Below are positions 26,573 through 43,810 of a stretch of 64,000 nt of DNA, piece by piece. The stretch is from Stegostoma tigrinum (taxonomy: Eukaryota). The position numbers were made by a program, and so were the translations under genes. The stretch lies in contig NC_081391.1 in NCBI RefSeq assembly GCF_030684315.1, forward strand, positions 20,668,629 through 20,732,628, in the 5' to 3' direction. The notes under the pieces were generated by a model. The model ran no database searches. It was not told where the DNA came from and saw nothing but the letters and a program-made list of their open reading frames with translations. Within the stretch, counting starts at the first letter, position 1. Every line of letters begins with the position of its first letter.

Positions 26573-29500
26573 TCCGGCTGTTAGAATTGCATGTGAGACA
26601 ATCTATTTCACTGAATCTGCCTTTGCCAAGGGCGTGTTTCTGGAATGTCACTACGCTGGAATACTTAGTTAGTATTAGTTAACGTATCTACTATTTTGTT
26701 CAGCATTTTGATAGATAAGCCAATACTTTCCTTTTTGTTTTGTCTGTACTTCAACTGTGCTATAAAAATAAAGCATGCTTGGCTTAAAGTTAATAGTTTG
26801 ATCAATTAAATTTCCTCTGGAACACAATGCCTTCCACTTACCTTTAAAATAAGAAACATTGACGGTCTTAATGTATTTGGTGGGGTTTTGGTCTGGTCCT
26901 TAACAAGAGATATGAGCTAAATCTCTCCAAATGAGAGTAGTTCAGTTTGATATATCTTGTTAGCATGGATGAGTTGGCCTGAAGGGATTGTTTCTGTGCT
27001 GTATGACACTGTAACTCTAACAGTTCCACCCTGGAATAGGTGATGAGATGTGTTCCTTTGGATTTAGTTTTGGGTTTGATGGGCGAGCCTGTGATTGACA
27101 TCAGGAACTACTAAACACCATCTAAGCACAGCCCTCTTGCTAGGGACCCCACCAATAGACCCGCTTGACCCGCCCAAACAGAAACAGGATCTGGAGATTG
27201 ACAGATGTCCTGGTCAGAGTGGACTGACATCCAGGGAATGTCCATTAGTCACAAAGGACTTTGTCCCAACGAATGGAAGTCACACGGTCATTCAATTGTC
27301 ACCAGAGACTTTGATGAATGACTGTGGTGCCTGGCTCAGTGGGAATAGGGTGTTATTCCCGGCTTACTCCCTGGTTTTGATGTAACGTAAACCACACATG
27401 CTCGTGTCTTCGAGTGAATACCCAATTAAATATACTGCAGGAAATTTATAATACAATGTTGAAGTACACACTTAGTTGCCAATAGAAAATTTTTGAGAGA
27501 TTGACAGGTCCCCTGCAGCATTTCAGTCTCATGTTTTTGTCGAGAATACCTGAGCAGTTGCAAGTTTAAGAACATGCGGGCAGCAAAAGTTAAAAAGAAT
27601 TCGAGACACCTCGGAGTCATTTCCATCTGATATAGGCATCTTATGTATATATTTTGCTGTGGTAAGATGAAATCCAATACCATTGGATGAGTAGATTCAA
27701 CCAAATGAATTGATATGGCTCAAACATATTTTGTCTTTTGTGCTGTTGAAAACAAAACTGTAATTCTTTGCCACTGTCATGAGTTGAAGTTTTCTGTTTT
27801 GCTCAAGTGTACTTCTGAGAATCGTCTCTCCAAGATATAGATATCTTGGCAGGTTCTCACTGACGCTGTCCTTTTGTTGTTGGAATGTGTCCTCACCAAC
27901 GTACTGTTCCAAGTTACCTCGGTGTTGTTTCTTTCTTAGCCCTTTTTCACATGAGGTTACAATTTGGGCTTTTCTGGGCTATTGGATACCAACAGATTTG
28001 AACCCAATCTGCTGACAGAGCACAACTTGGATGTACCTGGAAAGGATGGACAGTGCTTTTGGAGGGGTGGGGGTGGGGGGTTGAGATGAGCCACATCTGG
28101 TTAGAAGGTTTGGAATAGTTGTTCCCTAGTCAAGCACTGGCAGATGCTACGAGCACGTAGTCATTGTTTTGGCCTTGCTTCCTTTACCCAGATGGGCATC
28201 AAGGGAACATTCTTTGTGTTTGATTAAAAGGGTCCATTATAAGGAAATGGGTATATAGAATATTGCATTCATAATCTTTCCACGTAAATTGTCTTCAGTG
28301 AATTCACTTTTCAGACCTTCCCTTCAACATCAGCCTACCAATCGATCAAATATTTCCCCTGGCTATTGGCAGTACAACAGGAGCTCAAGCTGTGTCTCCC
28401 ACCATTGAGTATCTGAATGTCATCAGAACCCTTGACATCAGAAATGCCAGAGGATATTATTCTTCTAATCTCTGCAGTACCCAAATGCTGGAACAAGTTC
28501 CACTCCCTGCCTTTCCTGCTCAGGTAGCAGCTGATTTTTCAGAAAAAAGTTCTGTTTGACAAAACCTAACGCTGACACAGAGTCAGCGGCCTACTAATCC
28601 TGAATTATGTTTTTGTTTTGTAATTTGTCTGTCACAGACCTTTGACCAGCTGCCTTTTTGGGTGGGGTTTAGTGCCTGCAGGTGACAGGCCTGTAGGGGC
28701 GGGAAAAAAAGGTGTTTCTTTTGAAACATTCACATTCTCCTCCTTCAGTCCTTGAACTTCCTGAAGGACATGCAACATTTGGCTCAGCCACCAGCTTGTT
28801 AGAATAAGCCCTCTGATGCACTCAATACCTCAGTGGGATTAATAGTCAGTCTGGAGACTGACTATTTAGTTCCATGCACATCTGCCCACTACAAATACAA
28901 AATGGTCTGGTCTGGTCCCATTCATGAGCAGCTGGCTATATCCCTCTGAACCCTTCTGTTTCATTTACAGAGTCAGGTGCTTTTTCCTCGGTTGTAGCGG
29001 TGCCAGCCCCAACCAGATCTGCTTGCAGCTCATTCTAGAGGCACCACCCTGGGTGGGAAAGTTGTCCCAAGAACCCTTTTAAATCCTCTCAACTATGCCC
29101 TCTGCTTTCCTCGACTCTGCGAAGAAAGGCCCTGCCTATTTACTGTCCATGTCTCATGATTTGACATCTCATGTCTCCTCTCAGCCTTGGAGAGTCAAAT
29201 GAGGCTTGGCCCACTTTACTCAGCCTCCTTACCTGCTCTTTTTCCTTGAACCTTGAGCTTTCAGAAGATGTTTAGCAGGAAATCCAGCACTGAATGCAGT
29301 TATCCAAAAGTGACCTCACCACTGCTGTACACAGCATTAGTATTGCATCCCAAGTCCTACACTCCATGCACTGACCAAGTGAAGGGAAGCATCCCAAATG
29401 TTTTCTTCCTTGAAGGTGCGGACAGGGTGGGGAACTTAGTCCCTGCACCCTAGGCCTTCATTTGCCAGTGCTACCCAGGAGCCTAACAAGGACTGAAACT

Positions 29501-30266
29501 TGACAAGTCAAGAGATTTACACCTCACTCTGATTAGAGACTTGCTCTGATCCAATAGGCACACTTGGTATGTATTGTTTGCATAGCTCTTGGTGGTTCCC
29601 TGGTCAGGGTCACAAACCCTTGTCTGGGAGGGATGGGTTCAAGTCCCACCTGCTTCATTAGTGGGATACTGAACAGCTTGAAGAAGCAAACATGTAGCAT
29701 TGAAATCAAAATTTCATTGGCACAACCTTAAAGTTATTCTATTCCAAACCAGGAGACCCTAAGTTTCTGTTATGCTATTTTACAGGAATATTAGTTTACC
29801 CTATAGGAAACTCAGGTTCCCCTGGTGGCTTCCAACCTTCTGCTCAGTTGGCCCTTTTGCCAAGGATAGGTCCACAAGTCTTTCCTCAACCCGCAATGTC
29901 CCTGGGCCAGCACACTAATTCCTTCCAAGGATATTGCAGTCAAACTACACAAGATGCAGGGTTGCTCAAGGCAGCAGCTCACCATCTCAAAGGTAATTAC
30001 AGCCAGACAATTGTCCGGCCCACACAGTGAAACACACAGCCCAGTGGGGAAAAGTGCTCCCATCAGCAAGAACAGAACCAAAACAGGATCAAGCTACAGC
30101 ACAGCTCTCAGCAAAGATTAAATGAGAAAGGGAAGCAAGTCATGGTCCAATATTGAACAGTTCACTTACACTTGGTGCAGGACAATGAGCTGCTTCTACA
30201 AAAAGGGAACAGTATCTACAGGTCTCCCATTTGGAGATGGCAACAAGCTCGCTCCCTGCAGTCAGT

Positions 30267-31252
<986 letters not shown>

Positions 31253-34108
31253 CTGTGAGAGAAGAGGAGAAAGTGGCCAAGTCAGGCAAGCTCCAGATCT
31301 CATCGAGTCAGAGCTTCAGCAAGAGCCTGTCTCTTTCAGGCTAGACTCAGAATGAAGTGCACACATCCTGAATGTCTTCCCAATGTGGGAACATATTGGG
31401 CTGGAGGTACAGTTCAGATCAAGAGGTCATCGATAAGGAATATAAAAGGTAGTTCTTGACTGACTGACTGTCCTGGGAGCATCCTGCACTCAGCCAGTGA
31501 ATGACATTACCAATGATTACTGACAATTCCTAATATCCAATCAGGAATGTCCCATCGATCTGGGCACCAATGAAAAGGGAAAGGTTGTTATGGGGACAAT
31601 GCTGAGACACAGAGACAGAGGTTTGGCAAATTATTCTTGATGAAGCAAGTGCTTTTGGAGTGATAGTTTTTTCAATGCAGGCCAATCGAGCTGGTCGTTT
31701 GTAAATAGATATGTGGGGTGGCAGTGTCCATGCCTCTGGTTCTGAGGACACTGGTGTCAGGTGCCACTGCCTCCTGAACAGGTTGCTCAAAAAGTGTCTA
31801 TTCTGGGACAGGGATGAAGTGATTAAAAAATGTTACCTTGAGTGAAGCAGATTTCCACCATCTGACCAAAGATGATTCTTTTGCCTCAAATGTTTCACCG
31901 ATACCCCAAGTGTTTACAATTAGCTTCGTTCTAGAAGATTGAAAAGGGACCGGAGGGGCAGGTTTTTCATGCAGAGGGTGGTGCATGTTTGGAATGAACT
32001 TCCAGAGGACCTCGTAGAGACATTTAAAAGAAATTTGGACAGGAACATGAATAGGAAACGTTTAGCAGGTGTGACAAAAGAATGGCTTTAGGAGTCGTAT
32101 TTTGCCTTTAGTTTCAAATGAAGAAAGCTGGTGACAGAGGTGACATCGCTCAAAGTCAAGAAAGTAACTTGTGCGGCATCAAGGTTTATTATTGCAGTTC
32201 AAATGTTCGAAGCGACCTGAGTTGACTTTCTTCGGGCAGTGGGTTCATGGGGAATTGTGGGAAGGGGGGGGTTTGGTGATGGTGAACGGGGTGAGTGTTT
32301 AGTCAAGCACCCAATGAACCAGGAATTTTAGTTTTAGATTTCAGCAGTTGCTGAGGTTTTTCAGCTGGCCATGGGAGCTCTTATTCCTCTCTGTTACAGC
32401 TACAAGCTGGGAGTTCTCCTCCGGCTTTTAGAATTGCATGTGAGACAATCTATTTCACTGAATCTGCCTTTGCCTTGCACTATAAAAGTAAAGCATGCTT
32501 TGTTTGAAGTTAATAGTTTGATCAATTGAATTGCATCTGGAACACAATGCCTGTCACTTACGTTTAAAAGAAAAAAAAAGAAATGACACTCAATGTATTT
32601 GGTAGAGGTTTGGTCTGGCCCTCAAGAGATATGAGCCAAATGCAGGCCAATGGTGCTGGTTCACTTTGAGCTACCTGGTTAGCATGGATGAGTTAGACCA
32701 AATGGTCTGTTTCCATGTTGTTTCACACTAACTCTCAACAGTTTGGTCCTGGAACAGGTGATGAGATGTGTTCCTTTGGAATTAACTGTGGGTTTGATGG
32801 GCCAGTTGGGGGGAGACTGTGATTGACATCAGAATCCACTAATCATCATCCACACACAGCCCTCTCGGAACAGACACTTTTAATCCACCTCAGCCGAAAA
32901 TGTATCTGGTGATTGACAGATCGCTTGGTCAGAATGGACCTGAGCTGCAGGGAATGACCCATGGTCACAAAGGGCTTGGTCTAAACTAATGCACATCGCG
33001 TGGTCATTCAATGGTCACCAGAGACTTTGATGAATGAATGTGGTGCCTGGCTCTGTGGGAATAGATAGTGTTCCTGGCTTACTCCCTGGTTGCCAGTGTA
33101 ACATAACTGCAGATAGTCACGTTCTTCTCAATTTCATATCCAAATAAATACACTGCAGGAAATTCATAATACAGTGTTGAAGGACACACTTACTGGTTAA
33201 TAGTCTTTTCTCTTGTTTTTGAAGAGAATTCCTGAGCAGGTGCAATGTTCTGAGCACGTGGGTAGAAAGTTTAAGAAATTGAGACACCTCTGTCAGTGAA
33301 TGAGATGCCTATGTCAGATAGAAATTATGTTTTATTTTGGCAGAATGAAGTTTGATATCAGCTGATGAGTAGATTCAACAAAATAAATTGATTTAGCTCA
33401 AATTTATTTGATCTTTTATACAGTTGAAAACAAGGCCATAATTCCTTGCTACTGTCATCAGTTGAAGAACATTTATGTTTTGCTAAAGCGTCGTTCTTCT
33501 GCAAATGGTATCTGCAAGATGTTGATAGTTTGGCAGTTTCCCACTGATGCAATCCTTCTGTTGTTGGAATTGATCTTCGCTGACTCACTGTTCCAAGCTG
33601 ATTTGGCATAGTTTCCTCCTTGGCCCTTCTTCGCATGGGGTTGTGACAATTTTGGCTTAGCTGGGCTATTGGACTTGACAGATTTGAACCCAATCTGCTC
33701 CCGTACAACACAACTTGGATGTATTTTGAAAGAATGGACTGTGCTTTGGTGGGTGAGATGAGCCACATCTGACTCAAGGATTGGAATAATTGTTCCACAG
33801 TCAAGCACTGGCAGATGCTACTGGCTTGTCGTCATTGTTTTACAGTTGCTTCTTTTACCCAGCTGGCCATCAATTCTTTGTGTTTGTTCAAGAGGATCCT
33901 TTATGAGGAAACGATGGATGTACAGATAACACTGAGTTCAAACTTTTCCACATAGATTGGCTTTTCATACCCTCCCTGCAACACCTCCCTTTGCATCGAT
34001 CAAACACTCCCCCTGGCTATTGGCTGAATGACATGAACTCAAGCTATATCTCCCACAATTGGACATCTCAATGTCAGCACAACCCTTACCATCAGAAATG
34101 CCAGAGGA

Positions 34109-35256
34109 TGTGCAGATCCAGCAGACTCTGGTTCACATCCTTCTTCATCGGCAGAGCTCTCTGCATTGCCTCACTCACCCTGCTCTGGCTTCTGGAGGGG
34201 ACGGGGGGGTGGGGGGGGGAAAGAGGCAAATGTTTCAGTAGATTGGAAAGTCCACAAAAAGGAGATACAAGGAGAAAATAGCATTCTTAAATCACTGCAT
34301 TAATCAAATTGTTCTCAACTATAATACCACAAGTTGCAGTGAAGCTATAATGAGGTCACAGATATTGCTAACAGGAATAATTAAAACCCAACCTTGATGT
34401 CCTGTAGGAGTACTCAGCCTCCACATTTATTCTGAAACACCATCAGTCTCACAGCATGTTCCTGTTCCTCATGGGACTGCTCCTTGAAGAACTCAGCAAA
34501 GTGATGCAGGGCAACATCATCCCGGTCAAAGAGAGAGAGAGAACTGTAAGATTGGTGACAAGTGGTAGAATCAACCATGCTCCAGATCACAACTTCAAGA
34601 GGCCGTGTAGGTTTTTTTAAGACTGGGCAAAGAACAACATGTACACACCCTGAATGTCCAGACAATATAGGAATATAAAAGGTAGCTCTTGACTGACTAG
34701 ATGCTTCATTTGGTTTTCCAACTCAAATGGAGATTAGGAGGTTGTTGACTTCTTTCAGAATTGGATAGTATGAGCCAGAGTTACTGGTTATCCACAGGCT
34801 AAGTGTAGAATGCAAATAAAACCACCATGATCTGACCACAATTAGTGAGCATGCCTACAGGGGACATGTGACATCTGTCAAGTTATGTGATGAAAGGAGA
34901 CCACAACTCCCTGGACACAGGAACTTCTCCAAATGTGACCACCATTTTAACATGGGCAGCAGTCACAATCCTTTAGACCTGAGTGGCTTAGAGTAGGAGC
35001 TAATGAGTTGCAACTTGCACCAGACACCAGACTTGGGCGTCACTGAGATATTTCCCACCCTTAATTGCCCCTTTCTTTGGTGGGGGAGGGGGCAGGCAGT
35101 GGGGCATGGTGAGCAAAAGCAAGCAAGGAGAAAGAGTGAACTCTCAAGTCTCACCATGGAGAGGTAAACATAGGAGGAATAGAGCTCCAGGTTGATCTGC
35201 TTGTTAACAGCATCCTCACAGTCCTTGTGGTAGTTCTGACATACTTGGGAAACCAT
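34109..35256 (-). pseudogene. Ferritin pseudogene E (mirror position of C)
   Basis: Exon 1 35256-35155 is intact. Exon 2 34543-34393 has a (CT)n-expanded start (+4 nt) and a CGA>TGA stop at 34416-34414. Exon 3 34191-34109 is internally deleted and truncated. Exon 4 is absent. Confidence 0.9.
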
Positions 35257-35304
35257 CTTCACAATTACCCAGACCAAATAAAAACTGAACCACTCTACCA
35301 CAAA

Positions 35305-35425
35305 CTCTTGTATTTATGCTCCTGGGAACATCCTGCACTCAACCAGTGAATGACATTACCACTGATTACTGACAATTCCTAACATCCAATCAGGAATGTC
35401 CCATCAATCTGGGCACCAATGAAAA
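35305..35425 (-). promoter_or_regulatory. Ferritin core promoter, pseudogene E
   Basis: Same block on the minus strand, CATAAATA at 35318-35311. Confidence 0.55.
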
Positions 35426-35876
35426 GGGAAAGGTTGTTATGGGGACAATGCTGAGACAGAGACAGAGGTTTGGCAAATTATTCTTGATGAAGCAAGTGCT
35501 TTTGGAGTGATAGTTTTTTCAATGCAGGCCAATCGAGCTGGTCGTTTGTAAATAGATATGTGGGGTGGCAGTGTCCATGCCTCTGGTTCTGAGGACACTG
35601 GTGTCAGGTGCCACTGCCTCCTGAACAGGTTGCTCAAAAAGTCTCTATTCTGGGACAGGGATGAAGTGATTTAAAAATGTTACCTTGAGTGAAGCAGATT
35701 TCCACCATCTGAACAAAGATGGTTCTTTTGCCTCAAGTGTTTCACCGATACCCCAAGTGTTTACAATTAGCTTCGTTCTAGAAGATCGAAAAGGGACCGG
35801 AGGGGCAGGTTTTTCATGCAGAGGGTGGTGCATGTTTGGAATGAACTTCCAGAGGACCTCGTAGAGACATTTAAAA

Positions 35877-35950
35877 GAAATTTGGACAGGAACATGAATA
35901 GGAAGGGTTCAGCAGGTAACCCTTCCTATTCATGTTCCTGTCCAAATTTC
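35877..35950. repeat. Perfect 33-bp inverted repeat with 8-nt loop
   Basis: gaaatttggacaggaacatgaataggaagggtt-cagcaggt-aacccttcctattcatgttcctgtccaaatttc. Confidence 0.9.
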
Positions 35951-38900
35951 AAAACAACGGCTTTAGGAGTTGTATTTTGCCTTTAGTTTCAAATGAAGAA
36001 GGTTGGTGACAGAGGTGGAGAGCACTTCACTCAAAGTCAAGAAAGTAACTTGTGAGGCATCGAGGCTTATTATTGGAGTTCGAACATTCGAAGCGACCTG
36101 AGTTGAGTTGCTTGGGGGAGTGGGTAAGTGGGGAATTGTGGGAGGGGGGTTTGGTGATGGTGAAGGTGGTGAGTGTTTAGTCAAGCACCCAATGAACCAG
36201 GAATTTTTGTTTTAAATTTCAGCAGTCGCTGAGGTTTTTGAGCTGGCCGTGGGAGCTCTTATTCCTCTCTCTGTTACATCTACAAGCTGTTAGAATTGCA
36301 TGTGAGACAATCTTTTTCACTGAATCTGCCTTTGCCAAGGGTGTGTTTGCAGTATGTCAGTATGTTGGAACAGTTAATTAGTATTAGTTAATGTGTCTAC
36401 TATTTTGTTCAGCATTTCGAGAGGTAAGATAATACTTTCCTTTTTGTTTTGCCTGTACTTCAACTGTCGTATAAAAATAAAACGTGCTTTGTTTGAAGTT
36501 AATAGTTTGATCAATCAAATTTCATCTGTAACACGTTTAAAACAAGAAAATATATGACACTCTTCACCAGTCCACGCCAACCGTAATCCCAAACTAAACT
36601 AATTCCACGGCCTGATTCTGGCCCAGATCCCTCCAAAACCTTCCCGATCATGTACCTATCCAAATGTCTTTTACCTTTGTAATTGTACCTACATCCGGCA
36701 CTTCCTCTGGACATTCATTCCACACACAAATAACCCTTTCTGGAAAAAATCTGCCCCTCACGTATTTTTAAATTCCCTCTTCTCTCACCTTACAGATGTG
36801 CATCCTAGTCTTGCAATCTAGATACTACAGAAGACAAAAACACAATCTATGCCCCTCATTATTTCATAAACCTCTGAGTCACCTCTCAACCTTCTCACTC
36901 CGATGGAAAAATATTCCAAAGGGTCTGTTTCCATGCTGTGTGTCTCTGAGTATTTGAGGAGGCTTGGTCTGGCTCTCAAGAAGAGATATGAGCCAAATGC
37001 CTACTAATGGGATCAGTTCAGTTTGAGATCCCTGGCTCGCATGGGTGAGTTGGACCAAAGTGTTTGTTTCTGAGCTGTTTCACATTGTAACTCTCAGCAG
37101 TTCGCTCCTGGAATAGGTGATGAGATGTGTTTTTGGATTTAACTCTTTGGGTTTGATGGGCCAGATCAGGCAACCAGTGATTGACATCAGGATCCACCGA
37201 TCACAATCCACGCACAGGCCTCTCGGGACAGACACCATCACCGGATACAGCCGACCCGCCCAAACTGGAAATGTATCTGGACATTGACGGATGTCTTGGT
37301 CATAGTGGATCTGAGAAGCAGGGAATGTCCATTAGTCACAAAGGGCTTTGTCCCAACTAATGGATGTCACATGGTCATTCAATGGTCACTAGAGACTTTG
37401 ATGAGCGACAATGGTGCCTGGCTCTGTGGGAATAGATGGTGTTCCTGGCTTACTCCCTGGTTGTCTGTGTAACATAAACCACAGATAGTCATGATCTTCT
37501 CAAGTCCATATCCAAATAAATACACTGCAGGAAATGTATAATACAATGTTGACGGACACACTCACTTGTTAATGGTCTTGTGTCAAGTTTTTGCAGAGAG
37601 CTCCTGAGTGGTTGCAGATTTCAGAACATGTGGACAGAGAACGTTAAAGAAATTGAGACCCCTTTAGAGATAATTTCTATCTGTTATAAGAATCTTGTGT
37701 ATTTGTTTTATTATGGTAGGATGAAGTTCAGTACCATCTACTGAGTAGATTCAACTGAATAAATTGATTTGAGTCTAAAAGGATTGGAATAGTTGTTCCC
37801 TAGTCAAGCACTGGCAGATGCTACTGGCTTGTAGTCTTGTTTTGACCTTGCTTCCTTTCCCCAGATGGGCATCAAGGGACCATTCTTTGTGTTTGCTTAG
37901 AAGGGTCCTTTACAAGGAAATGAAGGATGACAGATTACATGGTGTTCATAAGCTTTCCACATGGATTGGCTTCTGTGAAATCACTTCATACCTTAGCTTC
38001 TACATCTACCTGTGAAATGATCAGGCATTTCCCCCAGCTGTTGGCAGTACAACATGAACTCCAGCTGTCTCTCCCAAAATAGAGCATCTGAAGTCTGAAT
38101 GTCAGCAGAAACTTTGTCATCATCAGAAATGCCAGAGAATGTTATTCGTCATATTTCTGCAGTACCCAATGTTTGAACAAGTTTTGCTTCCCACCAGCTG
38201 ATCTTGAAAATTAAAATGAAAATTGCCTTACAGAATCTGACCCTGACAAAACGTCAGTAGTGCTAATCCTTGGTTACAGATTTGCTTCCCCTCATTTTGG
38301 TTTTGGGAAGGAACACAGATATTTCTGTTGCTCTCTTTACTGCTTTGTTAGCTGTCTGTTATAGCTCTTTAACCAACTGCATTGTAGGAGGATCCAAGAC
38401 TATAAAATGTGAGGCTGGATGAACACAGCAGGCCCAGCAGCATCCCGGGAACACAAAAGCTGACGTTTCAGGCCCAGACCCTTCATCAGAGAGGATCTGC
38501 AGTTCCCATTATCACTGCATTGTAGGAGGGGTTGTTTTGCTTGCAGATGATAACGACATGGAAAAGGGCACGTGTGTTGGAATAGTTTATGCCCCACTCC
38601 TCGGATCGTTGAACTTTACAAAGAACATACATCGTTTGGTTCAACCACAAATGCATTAGAATAAACCTTGTAAAGCACTGATAAAACCTCAGTTGGACTA
38701 AGACTAAGATTCAGCATGGAGAATGACTAATACCTGAAGTCCATCTATGCCCACCATTTATCCAAAACTGGTCTGGTCCCATCTGGCTATATCCCTCTGA
38801 ACCATTCCTAATCATTTACTGAGGTGGGGTCCATCTCTATTTTGTCACTGGACCAACCTCCAGCAGCAGCTCATTCCAGACTCACCACCCTGGGTGGGAA

Positions 38901-39455
38901 AGTTGCCCCACAGTCCTGTTTAAATCTCTCTCCCCCCACCGTTCAACTAATCAACTACACCCTCTGCTTGCCCAAACCCTGGGATGTTCATCATCAGCTA
39001 TTTACTCTGTCCATGCCCCCCGTTGTTTTATCATCTAAAGTCCCACCTCAGCCTCTGGCAGTCCAAGGAGGTTAGCCATAGCTTACTCTGCCTTCTTGCA
39101 GAACTTTTTCCTGGTCCTTGAGCTTTCAGGAAAAGCAAGAAAGACAAACATTGACAGCAGGGAGATGATCACTGAATGCAATATTCCTGAAGGGACCTCA
39201 CCACTGCCCTCCACAGTTGGAACATGGTGTCCCCAATCCTGTACTGAATACACTAAGAAATGAAGGGAAAACACCCCAAATGTTTCCATCCACGCCTTCA
39301 AAGAACCTGTTCACCTGCACCCTCAGCCTTCATTTGTCAATGCTCCCCAGGAACCTAATCAGAACTGAAATGTCACAAACCAGACAAGTCCCAATCAGGG
39401 GGAGTGTCAGATTGTACATACTAGGGAGAGTCACTCAGTATGATGTGCTTGAAAA

Positions 39456-39552
39456 GCCCCTGGTGGTGCAGTGGTAGTGTGACTAGCCCTTGTCAGGGAG
39501 GCATGGGTTCAAGCTGCACCTGCTCCCTTTGAGTTAAATGCTGAACAGCTTG
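39456..39552 (+). mobile_element. tRNA-derived SINE head (degenerate), downstream of ferritin genes
   Basis: A-box-like tggtgcagtggt and B-box-like ggttcaag. Paralogous copies at about 16700-16795 (-), 6875-6968 (-), 29590-29680 (+), 50190-50297 (+), 57708-57800 (+). Confidence 0.6.
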
Positions 39553-40121
39553 TAGAGAAGTTAAATGTGGAAAGCAAATTTCCACAAGCACAACATCAAA
39601 AGTTGTTCTATTCAAACCCAGAAATGCCTGGATTTGTTAGTTATGCTTCATTAACTAATTCCAGCATTCACAATATCCCTTGCATTTCCCCAATGGCTCC
39701 TAGCCTTCTACCAAGAAGGCTAGGTCCCTGAGCAATTCCTCACCCTTCACTGTTCCTGAGTCAGTGCTAATTCCTTCAAGGGGAGTGTGGCTCTACCCAC
39801 ACACAATCTAGTAGAGTGGCTCAAGGCAACAACTCACCATCTCAAAGGCAGCTTGGTTCAGGCAATTATCTGGGCCAGACAGTGAAACCACAGCCCAGTG
39901 CAAAGTGTTCCCATTAGCAGGAACAGAACTAAGACAGGATCAAGCTATAGCACAGCTCACAGCAAGGATTAACCAAGAAAGGGAGGCAAGACATGGTCCA
40001 TTATAGCACAGTTTATTTACACTTGGGACAGGGCAATGAGCTGCTCCTACAAAAGGAGCAATCTCTACAGGTCTCCCATTCAGACACATGACAACAAGCT
40101 CACTCCCTGCAGCCAGTTCAG

Positions 40122-43635
<3,514 letters not shown>

Positions 43636-43697
43636 CTTCACTATTCCCACTCACAACCACTGGGAGAACTCTACATCTAGGCCTTTCTCCCACAAGC

Positions 43698-43810
43698 TCA
43701 TGTATTTATGCTCCTGGGATATCCTGCTCTCAACCAGCAAATGATGTTACCAATGACAATTGACAATCACTGATGGCCAATCAGAAATCTCCCATCAATC
43801 TAGGCACTAA
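43698..43810 (-). promoter_or_regulatory. Ferritin core promoter, gene B'
   Basis: CATAAATA at 43710-43703 plus a CCAAT box. Confidence 0.65.

Noticed and set aside
39456-39530. tRNA gene
   Set aside because: A/B-box-like motifs but no cloverleaf; degenerate copies in every unit indicate a SINE head.
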